Positions 25,232-35,669 of a DNA stretch of 64,000 nt are shown here, piece after piece. How positions within the stretch are numbered: position 1 is the stretch's first letter; the number at the start of each line of letters is the position of its first letter. The DNA comes from Macrostomum lignano. Taxonomy: Eukaryota. The stretch lies in the NCBI GenBank assembly GCA_002269645.1, contig NIVC01000380.1, positions 310,001 to 374,000 of the forward strand. The letters are read 5' to 3'. The notes beneath the pieces are model-generated. The model saw only the letters and a list, made by a program, of their open reading frames with translations, made no database searches and was not told the DNA's origin. The position numbers were made by a program, and so were the translations under genes.

Positions 25232-27861
25232 CCCGACCGGAAATAATTGTTCTTTAAATGCGTCAAATAGCACATAAAAAATGAATTGGGGGGAATCCCA
25301 AAATAACTGTCGAAACGACACGAAATTTGTGAGAATCGACAATTGGTGGCACAGCTTGGCACAAATATAACTGTGCCAAGCTGTGCCAATTGGCACATGT
25401 GACACAATTAAGAATCAAATTTTTAATTGTGCACTGCTGTGCCACAACTGTGCCAGTTGTCTCAGCTATTTTTGAGTGCTTATAATTGTGCACAACTGTG
25501 CCATAAATGTACCATTTGGCACCATACGAGTAAATGTGCAGCTAGAAGCAGTTAAACTAGCGCGTACTGTGCCATTTGGCGTAAATTCGCCAGACGAGTG
25601 AATTTGCAGTTTAAAGCAGTTGAACTAAGCGCATAATGTTCTATCTGATGCTGTTACAGTTGACCCGTTAGTCAACTACGAGTTATGAAGTGTATGAAGT
25701 AGCTAAGATTTGCGAGAGGTCCTTCTCATGTTTAAATGAGGGAAGACAAATTGAAAAGAGTTGTTAATGTAAATTTAACTTTAAAATGTTAAGCGCGAAC
25801 ATAAACAGATTAAAACAGTTGGAAAAAGGGATGTTGCATAAATACGTATATATTTAATGGGAAGTAGCAAATAGGACAAAAAACATGTATAAAACAGGAA
25901 AAAGGGGAGGCTGCGGAATTAAAAAATGCATACTAGAAGTTAACGGAAAGAAACATAACAGACAGCGGACATTGGACAGGAAACAAAAAACAACGTAATT
26001 AAAAAGCGCGGTGCATGAAAATTGTGGTGCCAGCCAAAGAGTTTACACTTCTAATACATTTGAAACCAAAACATGCAATGTAACAAATTAACTACTGAGT
26101 CGACTACACGTGGCACAGGATTTTAATGTAACAACATGTATACATCTAATAATGTATTAATTTAAAAAGCACAAACAAACAACTAGATAAAAAACAAGCA
26201 ATTAGTGAAACCAACTCCAATACCTCTGTTCCCCTATACTTTTCTAGTTAGACAACAAGTCTGATTCCTGGTGCTATTGTAATTTACGAGTCTGGAACTA
26301 ACTATAGTAATGTAGTTGGTTACTTTATGTGGGAAAGAGCATATTTCCAGGGGAAAACAAAACCAGAGACATGAGGGAGACAGGCCAAGCTAGACGGGTC
26401 CCGCATCTGCCAAACAAGTTTAGTTTTGCTAGATGCAACAGCAGATATCCCGCGCTCAGTCCTCGCGAGTGCATTAGCCGCCTCCGACTGCACAGTGTCA
26501 GTGACATTGGCAGCCGCACCTTGACGAAGTTTCTTTACAGGCAAACGTCCGGATTGCTTTTCACGCCGACTGACGGTGATGGAGCATCGGACGTAGGCCT
26601 TTTCAATCGCATTCATTGGTTGGGATGTCGATTCCAGCCAGGTAGCAGGCGTGGCCGACCAGGCTCAGTAGCGCGACCGCTCAACGACGTTACCAAAATC
26701 TCGTCGTCGCTGAAGCACGCCCGCACCATCTCGCGGAGAAGTGCATTGAGGTTGGCCGGAGTCGTTGGTTTTTTGATATATCCTTACTGGCCGTGACCCT
26801 GGTCCGAGCGACGTTGGACGTAAAGGCAAAACCGATTGGCTGCAGAGGTGTTTTTAAGGATTGAAGAGCGTTTGAGAGTAACAATAGGATATTTGCGCGA
26901 TCATAAATGAAGGACTATTAATTTCTTACCGTAGTATAATTTCTTTCCATTGTCGTCGACCAGCATGTTGTCAACTGTGACGGCTGGGTCCACGAGCTGA
27001 TCTAGATGGACGGCGAAATGCTGCGTAATCTGCTGCTTTAGTTCTTTTGTAATGGCGTCAATCAAACGCGGTTGCGCCATTTTCGAGCGTCTGAGCAGAT
27101 CATGCCGCAAGTTGGGAGTGAAAACCTGCCGGTCATCTGCCGAAATCGAAGCTACTGACGTCGCAGCCTCAGTGCAAGTTGCACCAGGTGTGTGCCAAAT
27201 AGTTTTGTTAGTAATTAGCAATAAAAAAGGTTATTTGAGCCAAGTGTGCCAAGAAGGACAAATACATATAACTGTGCCAATTATGTCATAGCTGTGGCAC
27301 AACTGGTACAATTGTAGCAAGTGTGCCAAGTGTGCCAGTCTGTTTTAATAACCAATTAGCTATAAAAAGGATATTCGTGCCAAGTGTGCCAAGAAGGACA
27401 GTCCAAGACATATACAACTGTGTCAAATAGTATAGCTGTGGCACAACTGGTACACTTGTAGTAAGTGCGCCAAGTGTGCCAAATGGTTTCCAAGGGGAAT
27501 TAGCTATAAAAAGGTTATTTGTGCCAGGTGTGCCAAATGGGACATACAAAGACATTTATAACTGTGCTAAATGGTATGGCTGTGGCACAACTGGCACAAT
27601 TGTAGCAAGTGTGTTAAGTGTGCCAATTGGTTTCATTGGCCAATTAGCAGTAAAAATACTATTTGTGTCAAGTGTGCCAAATAGGACATACATCGACATT
27701 TACAAACTGTGCCAAATGGCATAGCTACGGCACAATTGGTACAATTGTATCAAGTGTGCCAAATATGACATACAAAGACATTTATAACTCTGTCAAAGGG
27801 CATATTTGTGGCACAACTGGCACACTTACTGTTTTTGAAAGGACAAATATTTTCGGTCGGG
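25232..27861. mobile_element. Non-autonomous DNA transposon, CMC/EnSpm-like, 2630 bp
   Basis: Terminal inverted repeats (TIRs) CCCGACCGGAAATAATTGTTCTTTAAA and CCCGACCGAAAATATTTGTCCTTTCAA match 23/27; TT TSD at 25230-31 and 27862-63; many subterminal GGCACA/TGTGCC motifs at both ends. Confidence 0.85.
26320..27080 (-). pseudogene. Decayed two-exon gene with a BEN-domain-like segment inside the CMC-like element
   Basis: Exon 27080-26930 (G|GTAAG) joins in phase to an exon starting at 26839; in-frame TAA at 26784-86; then LNALLREMVRACFSDDEILVTSLSGRATEPGRPRLL, resembling the BEN core; then a frameshift into ORF 26320-26616. Confidence 0.5.
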
Positions 27862-29598
27862 TTACATCCTTGAGGGCGGGTGAGGTGCAGACAAGCGTAG
27901 CTTACATCCTTGAGGGCGGGTGAGGTGCAGACAAGCGTAGCTTACATCCTTGAGGGCGGGTGAGGTGCAGACAAGCGTAGCTTACATCCTTGAGGGCGGG
28001 TGAGGTACAGACAAGCGTAGCTTACATGCTTGAGGGCGGGCGAGGTACAGACAAGCGTAGCTTACATCCTTGAGGGCGGGTGAGGTGCAGACAAGCGTAG
28101 CTTACATCCTTGAGGGCGGGTGAGGTGCAGACAAGCGTAGCTTACATCCTTGAGGGCGGGTGAGGTGCAGACAAGCGTAGCTTACATCCTTGAGGGCGGG
28201 TGAGGTACAGACAAGCGTAGCTTACATCCTTGAGGGCGGGTGAGGTGCAGACAGGCGTAGCTTACATCCTTGAGGGCGGGTGAGGTACAGACAAGCGTAG
28301 CTTACATGCTTGAGGGCGGGTGAGGTGCAGACAAGCGTAGCTTACATCCTTGAGGGCGGGTGAGGTACAGACAAGCGTAGCTTACATCCTTGAGGGCGGG
28401 CGAGGTACAGACAAGCGTAGCTTACATGCTTGAGGGCGGGTGAGGTGCAGACAAGCGTAGCTTACATCCTTGAGGGCGGGTGAGGTGCAGACAAGCGTAG
28501 CTTACATCCTTGAGGGCGGGTGAGGTGCAGACAAGCGTAGCTTACATCCTTGAGGGCGGGTGAGGTACAGACAAGCGTAGCTTACATCCTTGAGGGCGGG
28601 TGAGGTGCAGACAAGCGTAGCTTACATCCTTGAGGGCGGGTGAGGTACAGACAAGCGTAGCTTACATCCTTGAGGGCGGGCGAGGTACAGACAAGCGTAG
28701 CTTACATCCTTGAGGGCGGGTGAGGTACAGACAAGCGTAGCTTACATGCTTGAGGGCGGGTGAGGTACAGACAAGCGTAGCTTACATGCTTGAGGGCGGG
28801 CGAGGTACAGACAAGCGTAGCTTACATCCTTGAGGGCGGGCGAGGTACAGACAAGCGTAGCTTACATCCTTGAGGGCAGGTGAGGTACAGACAAGCGTAG
28901 CTTACATCCTTGAGGGCGGGTGAGGTACAGACAAGCGTAGCTTACATCCTTGAGGGCGGGCGAGGTACAGACAAGCGTAGCTTACATCCTTGAGGGCGGG
29001 CGAGGTACAGACTTGAGGGTACAGACGTAGGGTAAGGTACAGACAAGCGTAGCTTACATCCTTGAGGGCGGGCGAGGTACAGACAAGCGTAGCTTACATC
29101 CTTGAGGGCAGGTGAGGTACAGACAAGCGTAGCTTACATCCTTGAGGGCGGGTGAGGTACAGACAAGCGTAGCTTACATGCTTGAGGGCGGGCGAGGTAC
29201 AGACAAGCGTAGCTTACATCCTTGAGGGCGGGCGAGGTACAGACAAGCGTAGCTTACATCCTTGAGGGCAGGTGAGGTACAGACAAGCGTAGCTTACATC
29301 CTTGAGGGCGGGTGAGGTACAGACAAGCGTAGCTTACATCCTTGAGGGCGGGCGAGGTACAGACAAGCGTAGCTTACATCCTTGAGGGCGGGCGAGGTAC
29401 AGACTTGAGGGTACAGACGTAGGGTAAGGTACAGACGTAGCTTACATCCTTGAGGGCATTCCTTATTTTAATAGTTCTATTGCTAGTTATAAATAGACAA
29501 AGCATACTGAAAAATACACTTTGCATTAGTGATCGCATATATCTTTTATGATAATCAGCTTCAGTAAGATGTGCATTAATCTAGTCCAACAATTTGTT

Positions 29599-30147
29599 TT
29601 AAACTGCTTTCTTATATTCGATTCGTTCAACTGACACATCGTCCAACAGCTTGTAGACGTAACAGACCACGGTGGCAGCCTGAATGTCTAGCAGGGCAAA
29701 GGACGGCACAGACTCACACTGGGTAGGCGAGAAAGCACCTGTAGCGCTGCCGGGATTCAAAAAGAATCTGCCATCCTTTTCGAACGCCTCAAACCGGTGC
29801 GTATGACCGCTAATAACAATATCAGCGCCTAGTTGGCGTTGTAGAGCGCTCAATGGGGCCGCGTCGCCCCACGGGATCAGCTGGTGACCGTGGGTGACGC
29901 CGATTTTAAACTGGCCAACTGTCACAACTTTAGTATCGGGCCATTGGGCATTGTCGTCGAATTCGCCGCGGACAATGTGCACATCGGTGGCTAGAGATTT
30001 CAAATAGTCGTACATATCCCGGCTAGACAGATTGCCGGTGCATAGAATGTGCTGAATTTTGCCGGGCACCAATAGCTTTTTAAATTTGGCTGGCAAAGCC
30101 TGCGCTCTGTAGGGCACATGGAAATCGCCGATAACTAATACCAGCAT
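29599..30147 (-). CDS. VPS29: Vacuolar protein sorting 29 (retromer subunit), 182 aa, intronless CDS
   Basis: [52 protein letters not shown]; length matches the canonical 182 aa from the ATG at 30147. Confidence 0.97.
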   Translation of the reverse strand: MLVLVIGDFHVPYRAQALPAKFKKLLVPGKIQHILCTGNLSSRDMYDYLKSLATDVHIVRGEFDDNAQWPDTKVVTVGQFKIGVTHGHQLIPWGDAAPLSALQRQLGADIVISGHTHRFEAFEKDGRFFLNPGSATGAFSPTQCESVPSFALLDIQAATVVCYVYKLLDDVSVERIEYKKAV

Positions 30148-30336
30148 TGCGACGGCGGCTGTACTGACTGGGCAGGTGCGATCCAAACAAACTAAACAAG
30201 AATTTTCCCGTAAATTTGCTGCTTTTTTGGATAGCACTGAAACCATCAATTCACAAGCAAATATCTTTAAAACACGACGTTTTACGATTGTTTTTTAGAA
30301 ATAAAAACCAATTTATTTTGCTTTAATATCAATCAA

Positions 30337-31162
30337 AGATGGAAGATGGTGAACGGATGGATAAATATGGTGATCGCATAGATGGAGATGGTGAACGGAA
30401 AGATGGAGATGGTGAACGGATAGATGGAGATGGTGAACGGAAAGATGGAGATGGTGAACGGAAAGATGGAGATGGTGAACTGAAAGATGGAGATGGTGAA
30501 CGGAAAGATGGAGATGGTGAACGGATAGATGGAGATGGTGAACGGAAAGATGGAGATGGTGAACGGAAAGATGGAGATGGTGAACGGAAAGATGGAGATG
30601 GTGAACGGATAGATGGAGATGGTGAACGGAAAGATGGAGATGGTGAACGGAAAGATGGAGATGGTGAACGGAAAGATGGAGATGGTGAACGGAAAGATGG
30701 AGATGGTGAACGGATAGATGGAGATGGTGAACGGAAAGATGGAGATGGTGAACGGAAAGATGGAGATGGTGAACGGAAAGATGGAGATGGTGAACGGAAA
30801 GATGGAGATGGTGAACGGATAGATGGAGATGGTGAACGGAAAGATGGAGATGGTGAACGGAAAGATGGAGATGGTGAACGGAAAGATGGAGATGGTGAAC
30901 GGAAAGATGGAGATGGTGAACGGATAGATGGAGATGGTGAACGGAAAGATGGAGATGGTGAACGGAAAGATGGAGATGGTGAACTGAAAGATGGAGATGG
31001 TGAACGGAAAGATGGAGATGGTGAACGGATAGATGGAGATGGTGAACGGAAAGATGGAGATGGTGAACGGATAGATGGAGATGGTGAACGGAAAGATGGA
31101 GATGGTGAACGGAAAGATGGAGATGGTGAACGGATAGATGGAGATGGTGAACGGATAGATGA
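30337..31162. repeat. 21-bp minisatellite (gatggagatggtgaacggaaa), about 39 copies
   Basis: Tandem units; source of the DGDGERK, SPSPSFR and FTISIFP ORFs. Confidence 0.95.
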
Positions 31163-31949
31163 AGTGAAAAGTCGACCCATTAACAGAGATAAAAACAAGC
31201 GAGCACACAGAGTACAGTATAGGCCCATCCAAAACTACCACCATTAGGCAGCATCACCCCACAGTGACTATGTATATAATATCTATAGAAAATTCAACTA
31301 AAAGCAAAACTTTCCAGAATCGGGGGCACTCCGGCCCTCCCCAGATTCCCCAAAAGAGGAGAGCGCCCGCGCACAAGCACACAATCACAACGACCCTTTC
31401 GTCAATGCGATCAATAAAATTTGATACCAAACTGCCAGCAGATTAAGCGATTTGGGGAAGGGAAAACGGAAGAGAGAGAAGGCGGGAAAAGGGAAAACCA
31501 TGAGCAAAAATCGAGGACGAAAAAGTTTTTCTCCCCAAAACTCCAACGGGTTGCTGGGAGAAACTTAGCTAGCTACTAAGTAAAAATAAAGCACAGTGGG
31601 TCGCCGGGCAGATGGGGACAACAGACGCAATTCGCAGCATATAGCCGCCGGGACAATTAGAGGTCAAAGAGCAAAGCCTCCAATTCCAAGTTCCAGACCA
31701 GACAGCTGTTCCCTGGGCTGTGGATACCCCAAAAAGCAAGCAGACGACCGCACCCGCATGCAGATAAGATCGAGAGGCAAAAAAATCGAAAAAAGAGAGA
31801 AAATCAGATTGGTTCGAAGCGTCGGGTTCTGCATACCAATTGGCAACACGGCTCTAACCTCGAATAAGCTATGAGCTCAATTCCAAGCTGTCTGCCCTCC
31901 TCCCAAAAATGCTAGAAGAAAAATTTCTATACTTTTCTATCTACAGTAG

Positions 31950-32720
31950 ATGAAGGGATACTGTGCGATGAAGGGAGACTCTGAAATGAAGGGATTGTGA
32001 AATGAAGCGAAAGATTAAAGGATATTGCAAAATAAAGGGAAAGAGATGAAGGATATTCTAAAATGGAGGAAGAGATGAGAGATTCTAAAATGAAGGGAGA
32101 GATGAAAGAAGACTCTGAAATCGAGAGATAAAGGGAGATTCTGAACTGAAGGGAAATGAAGGGAGATTCTGAACTGAAGGGAGAGATGAAGGGGATTCGT
32201 AATGAGGGGAGAGATGATGGGAGATTCTAAACTGAAGGGAGACTCAGAAATGAAGGGAGAGATGAAGGGAGATTCTGAACTGAAGGGAGAGATGAAGGGA
32301 GATTCAGAAATGGAGAGATGATCAGATTCTGTAATGAAGGTAGAGATGAAGGGAGCTTCTGAAATGAAGGGAGAGATGAAGGAGATTTTGTAATGAGGGG
32401 ATAGATGATGGGAGACTCAGAAATGAAGGGAGAGATGAAGGGAGATTCAGAAATGGAGAGATGACCAGATTCTGTAATTAAGGAAGAGATGAAGGGAGAT
32501 TCAGAAATGAAGGGAGATGAAGGGAGATTCAGAAATGGAGAGATGACCAGATTCTGTAATGAAGGAAGAGATGAAGGGAGCTTCTGAAATGAAGGGAGAG
32601 ATGAAGGCAGATTCTGAAATGGAGAGATAAAGGGAATTTTTGCAATGACGGGAGAGAAAAAGAGAGATTATGTAATGATGGGAGACAAAGGGAATTATGA
32701 ATCGAATGGAGATGAAAGGA
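31950..32720. repeat. Degenerate purine-rich repeat (gagatgaagggagattctgaa-like)
   Basis: Recurring motif with many variants. Confidence 0.75.
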
Positions 32721-33569
32721 TGATGGGAAGATAAAAACTTAGGAACATAACTAAAGACAAACAAAAGAAATGAATAACCAAAAGGCCTTATTTACTCTTT
32801 TTATAAAAAAATGTTATTGATAAAATCTTAAGAAAACAAAATATTCAAAATTTCTGCAACAAAACCACGACTGACGATATAAAATTTGAAACAAACTCTT
32901 TCGTGTACACATCAGCAGTATCGGCAGGGGGGGGGTTAGTGCGCAAGGAAAGAAAACAAAGGAAAGAATCGGTGACAACTAAATTAATTATTCAAATTGG
33001 CACAGATACGCAGACAGAAAAATATAAAATCTACTCTAATAATAGCAACAACCAAAATGTTTACAAGCGACAACTATAAAGAAATCAGCATCGGATTGTC
33101 TCCACAAGATCACGGACGCTGAAACAACCTTAGTTGTTGAATTCTACAACTTTCAACGCATAAAAACATTGGTGCGTTAGGCGAGAAATTAAAAACTAAA
33201 ATTAGCAGAGAAGCAGACGGATTACTGAGCGAATGATACTACTGTCCAGTAAGTAGATAGGTAGCAAAACAAACAAAAAATCACAAGCTTGAAAGATACA
33301 GAACGTTAGAAAAGAAACTACTTATGTGCGCAAAAGTAAGTAGTTAACAAGCGCGTTAACAGGAAAAATATATGATTCGCGTTACAAAAAAGTCAGCCTT
33401 CATCATACTACTTATAGCTTCGAATTGAGTAGAAAGTAAGACAAATTACTTCTTAAATTGTTTTTCAAAAATTCTGCCCTTATTTATACTACTTGTTGCT
33501 GCAACTAAGTAGCAAGTAGCACATTTTTTGTCAGATTCTTTTGAGTTTTAAATCTGATTCATTTAGCTT

Positions 33570-34660
33570 TCAAACAATTTCCACCTGGCTATGAAACGAA
33601 GCTTTCGGCCGCATACGCCGTTGACTGCGCTGCCTGACCGGACTGTCAATCTGGGCTAGGCGCATCCCACGCCAAGCTGGCCAATTAGCGGCAGCGGCTC
33701 CGACATTAGCGGGAGTCGGGGCCAGCGGCAAAGCCGGCAGTCTGGCCCGATTAGCAATGGTTTCAGCGTCCCGAATAGGGTATGACTCGCCCGTGCTGCA
33801 GCGCAGCAGAAGCTGCTGCTCGGCCGCTGTAGACGAACTAGGCGCCAGAGGACCCGGAGCCGAGACAGACGGACGAGAGCGCGGAACCGGACAGTGTCCA
33901 GAGGGACTGTACGTGTCCATCGGGTGAAAACCGCGACGGTTGATAGTCTCCAGGTATTCGGTGTGCATTCGGGCGCGTTCCAGGCTCCACTGGGCGCCCT
34001 CTGCGTGTACAAGAGACTCAATGCGGTCCTTTGAATGAGGGGAGATTTACTAGGTTTAGGGATAGCTGGGAGGGATAACAGTCTCAGGGGAGAATGGGAA
34101 CACACAGACTGGGGGGAGAATGGGAACACACAGACTGAGGAGAGAATGGGAACACACAGACTGAGGGGAGAGTGGGAACACAGACTGGGGGGGGTGAATG
34201 AGAACACAGACTGGGGGGAAAATGGGAACACAGACTGAGGGAGAATGGGAACACAGACTGGGGGGGAGAATAGGAACACAGACTGAGGGAGAATGGGAAC
34301 ACACAGATTGAGGGGAGAATGTGAACACAGACTGAGGGGAGAATAACAGAGTCACACCTGCAGTGGTTCGTAGACTTTCCGATTCCATCGCTCCGATGCG
34401 ACCTGGCGACGCCTCAGCCGAGCAAGGCCAGCGTCAAACAGCAAGCCATTGATTTTAGCGGTAAGCGCTCGCTCAGTATTCTGCAATCGGTCGCAATCCT
34501 CGGCAGTAGCTAACAGCTCAGCATTGGACCGGGCCTCAATCACTGTCACCATTCGTTCGCTAATCCAATTCTGCAACTGATCGGTGTGGCCGATGCTCTT
34601 CTGCGAATCGACTCGAACAGATCGCGTGGAGGTGGCTGAGCTGGCTCGTGAACAGGACAT
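33570..34660 (-). CDS. FAM228-like protein, 2 exons, ~253 aa
   Basis: Exons 34660-34358 (CAG|GTGTG) and 34028-33570 (tcaaAG|GAC) join in phase 0. RRRQVASERWNRKVYEPLQDRI..YLETINRRG..DTYSP resembles, from memory, the FAM228 core [30 protein letters not shown]..EHYDP. Confidence 0.6.
34080..34345. repeat. ~25-bp minisatellite (gggagaatgggaacacacagactga) filling the FAM228-like intron
   Basis: Intron is 34029-34357. Confidence 0.9.
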
Positions 34661-35669
34661 TGTATTGGCTTCTTGAATGACGATTACCTCTATGACATGA
34701 ATGTATCTACCTAGTATGTAGTAGTGTCTAAGCCCAAGCGAGGTCTAAAAAGGACTAAAAAAATAGAAGGCCATTTTTATCAGAATTCTAAGAAATTCTG
34801 AACCCTGATGCCAAATTAAAAACTAAGATGCTAAGTGGAATAAATAAAGTTTAAAATTAAGAAAATTTGCTATATCTTTAACCTACCCCTCACACTGTTC
34901 TAACTTTAAGCCTTTGACCCAAGTCATAAATTCTCAATCTAGGCATACTTACATAGCTATTTTACTGAATTTTATTTTATTTTATATCAATGAGCAAATA
35001 GGGCTTTGGCCTAATTTAATCTGCTACAGGTTTGGTAAGTTGGCATAAAAAATAGAAACCTATCAATTTGGCATTGGGGGTCCAAATCCAAGATTGGCCT
35101 ACCAAAATGAAAGTTGGGATGCCATGACTATGGCACCTATATCAGTGGCGTAGGCAAGGGGGGATACGGGGATATATCCCCCCGTGGGCCTGGTCATTGG
35201 GTTTATTTGCCCAGTCAATACTGATTACTGTAGTAATAATGTTGTCGATATATATACTATAGTACTACATTATTTGATTCTTATAGCTGAACAGAATTCT
35301 AATCCAAAAACTGTCTAATAATACACATGTAACATGAATATGGAAGATAGCACAATAAAAACTCCTTCCTAGTTTTGCCTCTGCCTCTGGCTTAGTGTGA
35401 GCCAGAGTGTGAGTGTGAGGAAGAGTGAGGCTTAGGAGGGAGTCAGAGTGAGAGGCTGAGGGGTGAGGGCAATATAGTCGTATATGTACATCCTATATAC
35501 GACTCCTATTCCTATATGTACATCTTCAGTTCTTCACCCTCCCAAGTCCCAACCCAAGGCCCAAGGCCCAACCCCAAGTGAAATAAAACTGAGACATTAA
35601 GCATACTCTCAGCCAGGAACCCTCACTCCTTATAGCCACCATAGTATTCTGGAGCCACTATAGTATAGT

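Larger units (their letters stand above)
25027..29457. repeat. 40-bp satellite (ttacatccttgagggcgggtgaggtgcagacaagcgtagc) split by a transposon insertion
   Basis: About 5 units at 25027-25231 and about 40 units at 27862-29457; removing the insert restores one intact unit. Confidence 0.95.

Noticed and set aside
29599-30249. 216-aa VPS29 with an N-terminal extension as given in the ORF track
   Set aside because: The track starts at a non-ATG codon; the ATG at 30147 gives the canonical 182 aa.
30329-31247. Three ~300-aa ORFs (DGDGERK, SPSPSFR, FTISIFP)
   Set aside because: A 21-bp array stays in frame in any stop-free reading; no support for coding.
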